From Azolla caroliniana (Eukaryota; Plantae; Polypodiophyta), in contig JBHGNT010000009.1 in assembly GCA_043228905.1 (NCBI GenBank), positions 310,001 through 374,000 of the forward strand: a stretch of DNA of 64,000 nucleotides. The letters are read 5' to 3'. The notes beneath the pieces were generated by a model. The model made no database searches. It worked only from the letters and a program-made list of their open reading frames with translations, and had not been told where the DNA came from. The position numbers were made by a program, and so were the translations under genes. Shown one piece after another: positions 1 to 12,480 of the stretch; positions within the stretch are counted from its first letter, which is position 1, and each line of letters opens with the position of its first letter.

Positions 1-600
1 CTCTTACGACGTGTCATCTTGCGCATTTCTTTATGAGCTTGTACTGAGGTAATACTACCACTGAGTTGTGATATTGTAAGTTGTCTATGTAAGCACCTAC
101 AATCCTCAACATACCATCTATTTTGTGGCATAGATCCTACTTTACCTTGATTGGAGTGTTTCGTGTATGGGAAACTGCTAACTGTTGTAGAGTGAAGGAT
201 GTGTGTGAGTTTCGTACTAAGGCTCTCTAAAGGTAGGGAGGGATCAAGGGAGGAGAGATGGGCTTGAACATGTCGAGCATATATGTCAGAGAGCTCATGT
301 GTGAAACGTATTGTGATGTCATGGTGTGGTTGACTAGAGTTGGTGGCGTTCAAGATATCGCATTTGAGCTCGAAGTATAAGAAACTATGGTCCGCGCCAA
401 TAGGACATGGGGCCACTTGGAAGGAGTTAATCATGTGGGTCGCTTCAGGGCGTCCTATTAGATAATCAATTGTGCTTTCCTCTCCTCCATGTGGGAAACA
501 TGTGAGCTCTTCCGAACCTGGCCACTTGGCTAAACCTGTTAGGAAACAGGTCCCTCCAGATGGGAAGTGAGAAGAACAATGTTGATGAGCAACTTGTCCG

Positions 601-810
601 AATCCGGATGTGGAGTACCCGACAACGGAAGGCCTGGTGAGAATCGGATGTGGAGTACCCGGCAACGGAAGACCCGGTGAGAACCAGATGACGAGTACCC
701 GGCAACGGAAGACCCGGTGAGAACCGAATGTGGAGTACCCGGCAACGGAAGACCCGGTGAGAACCGGATGACGAGTACTCGGCAAGGAAGACCCGGTGAG
801 AACCAGATGT
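601..810. repeat. 40-bp tandem minisatellite, ~5 copies
   Basis: Unit gaaccggatgtggagtacccggcaacggaagacccggtga starts at 601, 641, 681, 721 and 761. Confidence 0.95.
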
Positions 811-987
811 TGCAGGCCCGGAGAGAACCTCACATCGGATGGAAGGGACATATATGTAAATATGTTCCAGAGAGCCCGTTGGGGCTATATTTGTAAATAG
901 CCCGAAAGTCATATTAGTATAAATATGACCTAGGGCAAACTTAATAGTTATGATGATAGAGTTATTGGTGTAACCTCTGTACAGTGC

Positions 988-990
<3 letters not shown>

Positions 991-1052
<62 letters not shown>
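991..1052. repeat. (AG)n microsatellite
   Basis: Direct reading. Confidence 0.98.
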
Positions 1053-1055
<3 letters not shown>

Positions 1056-1336
1056 CATACAGAGATTGTGTCTCTGTTGTAACCGTCGTTAGGCGAAGAT
1101 TGTGAGCAAGAGGTCGTTGCCTCTGTGCTCCCTATTGTATTACTTTACATAGTGATAGTCTGGAATATGTGGACTCCCGTGGTTTTTCCCTCTTAGGGTT
1201 TTCCACGTTAATATCTTGTGTATTCTCTTTTTGTTTTGTCGACTTACCTCCATTCCCATTTCGTCTGTGTTTTGATTGTCATCAAGTGATCTACGTTTCG
1301 GTTGTGGCCAGAGATTAATCCGCGTATTCCACGTCA

Positions 1337-3120
1337 AAACCATTATATATGACCATCTGGTGCCGACTGCCAAGTTCGAGCAAATGATGGCCAAAGCTCG
1401 TGGTGTCCGCACCTTGATCCTTTGATCTATGTGTGGTACCTATGTCTGAAGGATCGACATTTACCATTTTTAGGTTTCTATTCATTTGAAATATTGTGCA
1501 TTGCCGGGATTGGGTTCTCGCATTAAAGTCTCCTACAAGGAATACTTCTCCTTGGGAAGAATATCGGATTATGTCATCCGATAGAGGTTCATATGGGGAA
1601 GGCCCATGTGGCACTCCTTCATCAACTAATCTCGCCTCACCAGCCAGATTATAACGAGAGCCTTTCGGGGAGAAGTAACAAATGGCGAAAAATATTGCCT
1701 TGTCCTCGCTTGTGGAGACTTTCACCCACATAAAACGAGCTTCTGGGTCTATGCTCAGTATTTCTATCCTATTATGTAGCTCCCTCTGAAACAATATTGC
1801 GACACCTCCAGATCCCCTGGTAGTGCATCGACGTGAGGTTTGTCTAAAAGCCGACTCCCAACGAAATCCTTCGACTCGTGGGAGTCCCCTATTTGGGCTT
1901 TGGTGTGTTTCTACTAGGCAAACTATATCTTATTCCTTTAATATCTCCTCTAGGTAGTCGGGGTGTGTCTAGAGTGCGCCGTTACAATTCCATAAGGTCA
2001 TCCTAAGTGTGTTTTCTGTCACATGGACCACACGCCGTCAATTAGTAGTGCGATCATTTATGATCACTCGCCCATCTCGATAAAAGGCGCGATGCCCTTC
2101 TTTACGAGCTTGCATAACCTTTGGCATACAACTCTTGTGATGCTCAATTTGCATCTTGGTGAGGTCTTCATCGAGATAGATAGGGTCCCCACCCAATCCT
2201 CGAAGAATTGGTCTCTTCTTAAAGAAAGTGATTCTAGAGTCTAAGTCTTTAAATTGAAGAACTAAGGCTCTCTTCCTAGTTGTGTCGCGTCCGGCCCTTC
2301 AAGCTTTGGTGATAGGTAGGGTCGTTGTGTGCCCTAACATTTTCCCGAGTGTTTGTGCATCCTCATCTGGGGATGCACCTTCCTTGAGCCCAGTGACACG
2401 CACATTTAGGCGTCGGGCCTGACGCATTTTCTCCTCTTCAAGGGTGGTATTAACAATATTTTCATCTTTTATTTCTTTTTTAATGTTTCTTTTAACCACA
2501 TCTACCCAACCCGTTTTTGCTAGCTCTATGTTATTTTTAACCTCCTCTTTAACTTTTTTGATCTCATCTTTTATATCCTCTATGGAGGATATTTCACCGT
2601 CCTCTCGGGATACCTCGATGTCATTAAGTTGTTGTTTGAGGTTTGTGTTTTCCTCTTTAAGTTTTTCTATTTCGGCCTTGAGGGCGTCTTTTTCCTCTCT
2701 ATCTTTTTTCTTGTGGGTTTCGGCATCTTTCACCCATTTTTTCATATCCATCTCTATTTTTGTTAAACATATCTAAAGAGTCCTCCTTACTTATAGCCTC
2801 GTCTTGTGTGTCCTTATGTTCCTTTCGTTTAGACATTGTATTGTCAATAAGAAAAAAAGATAAAATAAATGGGTTCGAGACTTAGCCGGGTTTGTGTGTA
2901 TGTCGCAGTCACATCGGCATTTTGCACGCGACGAGCACGCTAAAAGAACCCATAGAGGAAGGATGCGCCGCCAAGAAAAGAAACACGGCACTCGGCAACG
3001 TCAAGAACAAGAAAGAGAAGAACATGGCAACGGCAACGGCGACTACGACGGACAATGACGAACGGCAGCAGGTCGTCCAGCACGCAGACGGCAGCAGACG
3101 GCCACAGATGTCAGAGACGG
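1337..3120 (-). mobile_element. LINE 5' half (RTEX/CR1-like): coiled-coil ORF1 plus APE endonuclease, degenerate
   Basis: ORF1 2299-2751 has a coiled coil and RRLNVRVTGL. The endonuclease motifs WNCNG, DIVCLVETH, GSGGVAI, CYFSP and GDFNAR lie in ~1337-2010. Confidence 0.85.
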
Positions 3121-3126
3121 CAGCGC

Positions 3127-3132
<6 letters not shown>

Positions 3133-3202
<70 letters not shown>
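3133..3202. repeat. Compound (GA)n(GT)n microsatellite
   Basis: Direct reading. Confidence 0.95.
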
Positions 3203-3204
<2 letters not shown>

Positions 3205-3409
3205 ATTTCAAGAATCATACATGTGTAATGTGTTATAGTAGAATGTAGTAGGAAGAGGACTCAGGAGTCAGGATGAGGAGGAGGTAGTAGTCTGCAGAGG
3301 TAGAGCAAGAGAGAGTATGTACTATGGAGGCGCGCAGAAACAGAGTCACGAGTCAAGACTTAGAAGTTAGAAATCGAAAGTTAGAGGGAAATTTTAGGAT
3401 TATTATTTT

Positions 3410-3612
3410 TAAACCTAAAAACCAAACCTTTAAACAGAAACCGATAAACTGATAAGCCTTTAAACCGCTAAATCATGAAACCCAAAAACCGAACCGAACT
3501 GAACCAAATAGTATACTTTGAAACCAAACCAAACTAATTATTTAACTTTGAACCGATAAACCATTAAGCCACGACTTAGCGGTTCGGTTCGGTTTGAGTT
3601 GAAACCGGGCCC
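3410..3612. repeat. AACCG/CGGTT-motif cluster, probable subterminal repeats of a DNA-transposon remnant
   Basis: Many aaaccg/gaaccg motifs are followed by inverted cggttcggttcggttt. Confidence 0.45.
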
Positions 3613-5526
3613 ATTGTTATTGTTGTTTATGGTATGGCAACGATGGTTTTTGCCAATGGTATATGACGGCGATAATTTCATGTTATTGGTATGTTCCAAT
3701 ATGTCAAATGGGAACCTTTATGGTGAAGACTCTTAAAATGATGGACATGGAATCATGTAAGGTATAGTATCTAGATGCTACGGGTTATTACGAATGTGTA
3801 AAGGATCTATGATGAAGATTTATGACTAAGACAACTCGTGGATGACATGGATTGGTCACAACTCATGAAATTTATATCATTAAGAGAATTCAGTTGCACA
3901 CCAAAGGGAGATAGCCTATGGCCATGTGTTATATACACTAATGGATGGTAATCTGTTGATCATGTATGCATGGTCCATGGATGACTCATGGAGAGATTTT
4001 AAAAATAACTTCTAAGCATTCATAAACCTTGATCAAAATCACAAATCTTCACCAAAATACAAAAAATGCTTACCGACCACTTGCTCACTAAATGAATATG
4101 CTTCAATGTCAAAAACAATAACTAAAAACATCATATTTTTGCTAATAAAGCACAACTCCAATTTTGCCAGACATATGTTTAATGTTTTGAAGGATTGAAC
4201 AATCATTAGACTCTCACATGAGTCCATATATGATTAATTTAACTAGCTCCCTTATGTTGATTAAAGGTCTTCAAGATAACAAATTAGAGAGGTAACTCTT
4301 ATTTAACTAAAGAGAGGGAAGTGTCAACCAGATCCATTGCTTAGATGATTTGTTCATGCATTTTAATGTAGATTGTTCATGCATGGAATTATTGTTCATC
4401 GACGGCATTTCATGTGTGTTACAAGCAATTCTCTTTTGTAAAATTTCAAGATAAAACTATAACACATGCTTGTTCATGCATTTAATCATGGATTGCTCAT
4501 GCTTGGAAAGTTATTGTTCTTCAACAACATTTCACGTGTGTCACACGAAATGCTCTTTTGTAAGTTTCACGTGTGTCACGTGTGTTCATTTCCACCCTTC
4601 GTAAAATGAACACCCAAAAGTAACGTAACCTTGAAAAGGTTGTTTCACAAGAAAAGGTTTTGTTATGAATTTCATTACATCTTGTTTCATCCTCTTACAA
4701 TTTATAAGACTATTTAAGTATAACTTGTAAGGAATGGTACAATTTCTCTATATGAGAAAACAAAAATATGTGCCATATCTATGCATGTGCGCACACACCA
4801 CGGCCTCTGTGACACATTTATTATACACATCCCCAAACATGCATGCTTGTATAGATTGCTTATTTGATTCAATGCATAGAGAATATAACATTGCACTAAC
4901 CCTTCCTTTTTCAATTTTAGCACATCAATTCTCACTTTTTTTTTCCAAAAAGAAAACTCCTTCCATTAGTTATAAAAATTTATTGATGAGAATGTTATAT
5001 ACAAATCCTAGTAGGGAGGGGATGTTCTATCTTATGTGGTGGCCCACTGACTCAAGAAAGAGAGAGTGTGATCATTGTTGGATGAAGGTTAATCATTGTC
5101 TTTCGACTCCATCAAATTTGCCCGTGAGGCCATCATATTGGCTCTTTAGGGTGGCTACAACTCCACTCCATATCTCATATTGGTTGGAGGATCTACATCT
5201 TATTATGATAATACTCAAACTCTTATAATATGGGAAAAAATTGGAATATCCCATCGTTGGATGTCGTGTTATCATTCGATAACTAACTTTATTAAGAGTT
5301 GTATAAAAACATACTTAATTGTTTATATGAATTTAATGAATCTATTACTCAAATAATATTGTGCTCAATCCTATATGAACTCATGATCCAACTAATGTAC
5401 ACTATAAAGATAAGAGGTTCGTTAACAATATTGCTCTCACTTGGCCGTCTTTTTAAGTTTTACTTATTTTCATGTTCAAGGAACAAATGATTAAAAATAT
5501 AAATAATGTTGACAAGGAGAGAGTGT

Positions 5527-5546
5527 GTCCCTTCGGGGACATATGA

Positions 5547-5578
<32 letters not shown>

Positions 5579-5614
5579 GGCCCTTGCGCAAGGATGACAC
5601 GCACAAATCGAGAA
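5527..5614 (+). ncRNA. U6: U6 snRNA copy, 3'-truncated (probable pseudogene)
   Basis: GTCCCTTCGGGGACA...ACAGAGAAGATTAGCATGGCCC..GCGCAAGGATGACACGC.CAAATCGAGAA matches plant U6. The 3' ATGGTCCAAATTTT end is replaced by (GA)n. Confidence 0.93.
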
Positions 5615-6803
5615 GAGAGAGAGAGAGAGAAGAATAGAATAGAATACATGTTTTATCCTCCATGGTGAGGCGAAATTTGACCTAGGCGAAATCTAAGTGA
5701 GAGGGAGAGAGAGAGAGGATGTGGATTTTACATACAATTAATATAATTGTGTGCTTTTACCCAAAAAAAAAAGAGAGATAGGGTGTCTTGTTTTTTATGT
5801 TGTTACTCTCTCTATTGTATTAGGTCTCCATAGTAGGGTAGTAAATTATGAGGGTGTATGGGAGGCCTACAATGATCAACGTGAAACTCATGGATCTTCC
5901 CAACACTCATTCTCACCCTATGAATGGTTCAAATATTGTAAAAAGTCATGTTGAAGAATTGCAAAACTTGTGCATGGTGCAAATTTAAGAAATGGAGGAA
6001 CCACATTGATATGCCCATGATTGAAAGTTGTGAAAAACTCATTTTCCATGGTTATTATTTGAGTGTTTGGTGGGGACTCATGAGCAAAGTTTGAAGCCAC
6101 ACCTATAGGTATTCAATAATCTACCACCGAGCCACTCCCACAATGATCCCGAACAAATTATTTGGCACTAAAATCCGAATCCTAAAAGTGTTTCACCAAT
6201 ATCGAGGTTCAACCTTAAATTGTCATTAGAGCCCAGGTTAGGGCCTAAATTTGACAAGTTAGTATTAAAGTTTTTTGACAGACATTTTTTAAAGATGTAC
6301 GTGACAATAGAGTACAAAAACATAAAAAAATTTAAATGAAAAGCTCTATTATGTTGTTATACATTTCATTACCATAAAAAGTACGCAAAGGTACACAAAT
6401 CACCGTAACTACATCACAAAGATAATCAAACACATAAAATAAATATTGTGTTAATATGTTTTTAAGCCAAAGCAAGAACAAGATATGTATTGATAATCAT
6501 AATTCATTCTTGCAAAGTGGATACAATCAACATCAAACAAAATATCATACAAATTGAATACTTAATCGTTATACATTTCTTAAAGCCCCAAAAACATAAA
6601 AAAATGCTTATTATGTATATCGTAAAATAAATAAGAGAATGTAACTACATATGTAAGGAGCCTAGAGAATTAAAGAATAAATATTTGAGAACATATAGAA
6701 TCGTTACATAATATTATTTTAAGTGTATTGTACAAACACATATAATATATTATTCTGCACACATCGTAATACATACATATATCATTATATATAATTATAT
6801 TTA

Positions 6804-7116
6804 GGGAAAAGTACCAGGATACCCCTGGAAGTTCGCCTATTTACCATAATGCCCCTGGAAGTTCTAAATTTACCAAACTACCCCTATGTCCAAAAAATTA
6901 CACTTTATAAAGTAATTGTACACTCAAATATACAAGCCCTATTTACCAAATATGGAAGAAATGGATCCGAACTAGCCCTATTTACCAAAGATTTGAGTGT
7001 ATAATTACTTTATAAAGTGTAATTTTTTGGACATAAGGGTAGTTTGGTAAATTTGGAACTTCCAGGGGCATTTTGGTAAATAGACGAACTTCCAGGGGCA
7101 TCCTGGTACTTTTCCC
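6804..7116. mobile_element. Mutator-type MITE, ~125-bp TIRs, 9-bp TSD
   Basis: Long near-perfect inverted repeats GGGAAAAGTACCAGG...CCTGGTACTTTTCCC. TSD TTATATTTA at 6795-6803 and 7117-7125. Confidence 0.93.
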
Positions 7117-7767
7117 TTATATTTATATGTAGCATATACATATATATGACATGGAAAATAGAATTTTAGCATGACATTTATAATTTTTAGGGACCTTTCA
7201 CATGAAAATGGAAATTCTTTTATATCACTTGATGAACCTTTTTGGCGTGTTTTTTATGGTCAAAATGGCTTTTGATAGGCATGACACCCATCTAATTCTT
7301 GCCCTACTAAATTAGGGTCAATGTTTTATCAATACTAGATAAGGACAATTTGAGCCTAAGTTCCATGCTAACTTTACTTCCTTCCCTCCCTTCCTTTTAG
7401 ACACACCTGGTTAGGGTTTCTTCCCTAAATCACATAGAAAGGGTGGTTTATGTTCCCAAAATACCCTCCTCTTCCAATAAAAAACACAAATATTTAATTA
7501 CCCTTCACATTCCTAAAGTCTATCCACATAATAGAACACATACCCAGACAATAAAACTTAGATATATGTGACATGTCGAGAAATATGGTGAGGGAAGTTG
7601 GAGGATAGGTAATTCATTGTTGTTATGTCGGCGCTTCCGGATTAAAGGGTGTTCGCAAGAGCACATTGCATGTTGCTAAGGCTACAAGGCTGCATTGGGA
7701 ATGTAATTTGTGCATCAATGGATTGATGTATGATACAAGCAGAGATAAAGACAAGTGAGCAAGTTCC

Positions 7768-7803
<36 letters not shown>

Positions 7804-8455
7804 AATCAACACATAGATTCAGAACAAAACACAAACTCAAATACACATGCACACATATTAATAGCAAACTACCTTCAAACTACAACTACATTTACGTGTA
7901 AACACACAATATAGGTTATATATATATGCTCACATGCACTCTCATGCTTACATAGATTCATCAAATCATAAACCCACGATGCACGTGCAATTTACACACG
8001 CATGCCAACTCTCACATATTTTCAAACTTTGCATACAACAAAATAAACACACACAACAAGCTCGTTTGCAAGTACGAGTTGATGAGGAGAGATCATCATA
8101 AGCACAACCAAGTGTCAATATAACCACTTGACTTTTGCAAACCTTAATTGCCAACGCCACCAAATCTGACTTCCCAAGACTAGGACCCTAATGGTCTTGC
8201 TCAACATTTCACATCTACACATGGATTTCCGCGACAACGGATCTACTTGTAATGGCCCTAATAATGATAGTACTAAATCTTGATCTAAGTATGGAGCCAA
8301 GCATTTGAATCCGTAGTGTGTATTATGATGACCATGAGATTGGGCAAGTGACAAAGGAAGGACAAGTTGGGGTTGATAATGCTTGGCTTAGTTTTTGTTA
8401 TGACATGGTGGTGCCACTTCAATAGACACCCAAAGAAAAAGAAGATGTGATGGAA

Positions 8456-8892
8456 TGGGCACCCACCCACCCATTCTTCTACAAGTGGGGGTGGATATTG
8501 CTTGACTTAGTTGATGTTATGACCTACATGGTGGTGGTGCCAAGCACTTCAACTGACACCCAAAGACAAAGACAAAGAGGACCTAATCCAATGGGCACCC
8601 AAACCACCCACCCACCCATTCTTTTACAAGTAGGGGTGGATTTGCTTGACTTGGTTGGTGTTATGACCAACCTGGTGGTAGGCACTTCAACAGACACCCA
8701 AAGACAAAGACAAAGAAGACCTAATCCAATGGGCACCCAACCCACCCACCCATTCTTTTACGAGTAGGGGTGGATTTGCTTGACTTGGTTGGTGTTATGA
8801 CCTAGTGGTGGTGCTAGGCACTTCAATGGACACCCAAAGACAAAGACAAAGAAGACCTAATCCAATGGGCAACCCACCCACCGACCCATTCT
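8456..8892. repeat. ~136-bp tandem repeat, ~3.2 copies, just upstream of the RAY1-like ATG
   Basis: Unit atgggcaccc..cacccattctt...gacacccaaagacaaagacaaaga.gacctaatcca starts at ~8456, 8591, 8729 and 8865. Confidence 0.92.
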
Positions 8893-8982
8893 TCTTGCTT
8901 CTTCTTCTATTATCTGAGTGAGACTCCAAATGCAAGCAAGAAGCCATAACCCCTTCTCCTTCTCCTACCCTTTGCCCTGCCC

Positions 8983-11151
8983 ATGGCCAGCAACAGCAGC
9001 AGAAGCAGAAGCAGAAGCAGAGTGAAACAGAACCCTCAGTTATCTGCATTGCTCACGATCCTCGTGTTTGCAGCCCTCCTCCCACTCCTCGCCCTTGTCC
9101 TCACCATCAATCCTTCCATCATCCTTCCATCATCTTGGTCTTGGTCTTGGTCTTGGTCTTCCCCATCAGACATCAGGAGCACCAGCAATGACCAGATTGG
9201 TTTCACCATCTTCATAGCAGCTCCCACACGGCCATGGATATCGACAAATGGTAGCAGACGCTCCAACGGTGATGAAGCAGAGCCACACGAGATTCTCTTG
9301 CAGAAGAAGGTCGTTGATTCATGGCTGGAGTTGATCCCCTGTGCCAAAGTTGTGTTGATGGGCAGGAATATCCACCCTTCTGTCCATGCCAATGACACCA
9401 GGGTCTCTGTGGAGGCAAATATTGATTACAACTTCAGAGGGACTCCACATGTGCATAGCATGTTCGCCAGAGCATCTTCTTCACCATCACCATGGTACCA
9501 CAATCATATCTCAGTTCTTGTCATGGATACTAGATTTCTAGTCAATCCAGGCTTCTTGGATGGGGTGTATAAAACCCTCCACATGCATCAAGACTGGGTG
9601 TTGTTTAGTAGTAGAAGGCTGAATGATGGTGGTACCGATGATGGTAACGAGGGTTCAGAGGAGGTCGAGTATTGGGCATGGAATAGTAACAATGGCATGA
9701 AGGAGGTACCACTCCTCACTACCCCCATTCCTCCTTTCTCCCATGTAGGGGGAACTTATGAGCGTTGGATTATTGACCATCTCATTGAGTCAGGCACGAG
9801 GGTTGTTGTCGATGCTAGCGAGGCCCTGCCTGCACCTTTGCGGCGAAGGAGCACCCACCAGGGTACCCCTGAAAGTAATCATAACATGTGGGAGTCTTAC
9901 ATCAACACAAGACTCTTGGAGACATCGGCTAAGACGAATGTACCTTATAGATCCACTGCCCCTTGGAAATTGATACGGTGTGCCGAGCCTACGATTCATA
10001 ATCTTTGTATGGTTCAACACCACCACCACCACCACTACCGAAGCACGAAGGATCATGCTGAGAAGAGGAAGATGATGAAGAAGAAGAAGAGTTTGACGGA
10101 GATTAAGACGACCCATAAAGAGCTATATGTCCAAGCCCTATCTCCTTCATTGGGCTTGCCAAGCTATGAGTCTATGCTGCATCCATGGAAGAAAATTGCT
10201 CCTGGAATCCCACATAGCCTTGATGAGCTCTTGCCCCAAGTGGTGGACGAGAACAATGTGGTGGTTATGGTCGGTGGCACTTCCAACTACAAGGAGATGC
10301 TGCTGAGCTACATATGCCGAGTCCAGAGCCTGGGCATCAAGACGGTGCTCATCGCGGCCTTTGATGAGGCACTCTTTCAATTTGCCTACATGCAAGGCTT
10401 GGCAGTCTATCTGGAAAGCTCGTCTGAGGATGCTCGACCTCTCATTGGGGCCGATGGCCAGTGTATGTTTGCTTCTGAGTGCTTTAAACAGGTTTCGAAA
10501 CTAAAATCGAGCTCGGTCTTGAGGGTGCTTCGGAGGGGATACAATGTGCTCTGGAGTGACATGGACATCTTCTGGTTCAAGAATCCCTTGCCACAGCTGT
10601 GTGCATTCGGACCCAGCTCATTGCCGATACAGAGCGACGAGCCGGATGAATCGAAGCCCGAGAACAGCATACGGGGTGCCAACTCTGGGTTCTACTTAGC
10701 AAGATCTGATGAGAAGACCATTAATGCGTTCCGTGCAATTGTCGGGCATGCCATGGGAACTGACATGACCGAGCAACCCAGCTTCTATGATGTCTTGTGT
10801 GGGGTCAATGGTGAGAATAGGATCGGGGAGAGGCAATGTAGCCTTGGGGCCGATGGGTTGCGGATCATGTTCCTGAGCCATGAGCAATACCCAAATGGGA
10901 ATGTGTTCGGGCATTGGGAGGCGGAGAATGTGTCGATGTCTTGCCTGAGCAAGGGGTGTGTCATACTTCACAACAACTACATACTAGGCAAGGATAGCAA
11001 GGTGAAACGATTTGTGATAAACGGGATGTGGTCGTACGATGTTAGGAATCACATGTGCATCCAACCATGGCATCCGATGAGCCTGACTCGGACGTCTCTC
11101 TCCACATTCCAGGATCACTTCCTACATGCGCTCAATCTAACAACTTCATAG
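8983..11151 (+). CDS. RAY1: GT77 nucleotide-diphospho-sugar transferase, beta-arabinofuranosyltransferase RAY1-like (722 aa, single exon)
   Basis: N-terminal type II TM helix. Motifs CMFASECFKQVSKLKS, GYNVLWSDMD (DxD), QSDE, NSGFY, EQPSFYDVLCG, YPNG and CVILHNN match the RAY1 C-terminal domain. Confidence 0.88.
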   Translation: MASNSSRSRSRSRVKQNPQLSALLTILVFAALLPLLALVLTINPSIILPSSWSWSWSWSSPSDIRSTSNDQIGFTIFIAAPTRPWISTNGSRRSNGDEAEPHEILLQKKVVDSWLELIPCAKVVLMGRNIHPSVHANDTRVSVEANIDYNFRGTPHVHSMFARASSSPSPWYHNHISVLVMDTRFLVNPGFLDGVYKTLHMHQDWVLFSSRRLNDGGTDDGNEGSEEVEYWAWNSNNGMKEVPLLTTPIPPFSHVGGTYERWIIDHLIESGTRVVVDASEALPAPLRRRSTHQGTPESNHNMWESYINTRLLETSAKTNVPYRSTAPWKLIRCAEPTIHNLCMVQHHHHHHYRSTKDHAEKRKMMKKKKSLTEIKTTHKELYVQALSPSLGLPSYESMLHPWKKIAPGIPHSLDELLPQVVDENNVVVMVGGTSNYKEMLLSYICRVQSLGIKTVLIAAFDEALFQFAYMQGLAVYLESSSEDARPLIGADGQCMFASECFKQVSKLKSSSVLRVLRRGYNVLWSDMDIFWFKNPLPQLCAFGPSSLPIQSDEPDESKPENSIRGANSGFYLARSDEKTINAFRAIVGHAMGTDMTEQPSFYDVLCGVNGENRIGERQCSLGADGLRIMFLSHEQYPNGNVFGHWEAENVSMSCLSKGCVILHNNYILGKDSKVKRFVINGMWSYDVRNHMCIQPWHPMSLTRTSLSTFQDHFLHALNLTTS

Positions 11152-11689
11152 CCTCGGGCATTCTTACATTGTAAATTTTAATAGTGAATTGATTTTGTAG
11201 TGGTTAGAAGTATGCATAGAACATTTGGTGAGTGTGGATGAATCTTCCCTTACCATGTTCTAGGGTTACATGTAGGTTTTTGGGTAATTTCTTCTCAAGA
11301 AACTAGTGCCACATGGGTATGGGCATATTTTTTACATGAGACCCTGGATAGAATGTGCTTTAGACCATTAGATATTGGAGGCTGAGGATGTTCCTATCTT
11401 AGGTACACAATAACCTTGTAAATAGGTGGCTCATTCTTGGGATGATATTCAACAAGTATGAACATGATTGTTACATAGTAATGGAGAGGGTCTCTCCCTT
11501 CTTTTCCATGAAAAATAATATATTGATTATGGAATTAGACCACCATTTGAATATTGCATTGATAATTATGACCCTCCCAAGATCATAACCCGGCCAAGTT
11601 TGTAGTCTAAGGGATCTCTCTCACACACACACACTCTTTAAACAAGTAGGTTCATAGTTCAAGCAAGTTGGAATCAATGCAACAAGAGC

Positions 11690-12480
11690 AATACTTCTTA
11701 AAGGATGGGAAATGAGATTGATTTTATTCAATACTATGGTGGTCCAAAGTATTGCTTTCTGGTGTCGAGGTGTGGGTTGGCATTATCTAACTTAGTGCAT
11801 TAAATGAAATAGATAAAATCCACCCAAAAAATCTTAGGTAGACAATTAGGGGTAAAATCATCTCCATCCTTCATGAAAGGTAATTAGAAATAGTTGCTTG
11901 GCCCATAGAGGTAGTAGCCATACAAAGAGTATACGAGTATACTCCAAAAGTAAAGAATTTGCCCAATCACAACTTAACAAAATAGGCTTGGAAAATAGAA
12001 TATGAGGTAGAAAAAACTAATAAGTTCAAAACCATCTCATCTAGCCAGATGCTTGACATTATTAAATGGTTTAAAGAAAGGCAAGTTAAACATCTACCAT
12101 AGCATTGAGGATAGATTATAAGAGAAACTACAGATGAATTGGCAAGATGATCATATGTCAAATTTTGGAATATTACATTGTAAATGATAACCCTTAATAT
12201 TGGCCCTAATACAAAGGTAAAAATTCTAAAATGGCATCATTACAAGTTAGGTGTTGAGGTAGCATCACAACATCATCTCCCAAGTATGAAGATTTGCAAA
12301 GTATGTGATGAAAACCTAGTGGAGGATGAATATATGTTTTCGCATGCTTAGCATATAAGGCAATTCCCAAGAAGTATGATGACTTGTTATATGAACATGA
12401 TAGTTTAAGTGTCATAGAAAATCGCCAACAAAAAGGGTGAGCAAGTATGCTTGTTTTTTAAACTTAGTCAATTCTAAGCT
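11690..12480 (+). mobile_element. LINE 3' fragment (RT thumb plus C-terminal Cys motif), degenerate
   Basis: Frames reading LFNTMVVQ..L.GVEVW and CKVCDENLVEDEY; same type as 45500-46130. Confidence 0.7.

Larger units (their letters stand above)
1..1336 (+). mobile_element. LTR of an LTR retrotransposon (3' end at 1336) inserted into a LINE
   Basis: LTR-like layout: TATA at ~918, GA tract, U5-like 'gtggtttttccctcttagggttttccacg', ending ...CCACGTCA. The LINE endonuclease frame is cut exactly at this point. The left boundary is not visible. Confidence 0.6.

Noticed and set aside
601-810. Possible CRISPR array
   Set aside because: The units are contiguous with no unique spacers, and the context is a eukaryotic LTR.
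5460-5663. 67-aa minus-strand ORF ([16 protein letters not shown])
   Set aside because: It is the antisense translation of U6, a common annotation artefact.
8447-8767. 106-aa ORF upstream of the RAY1-like gene
   Set aside because: It is a translation of the 136-bp tandem repeat.
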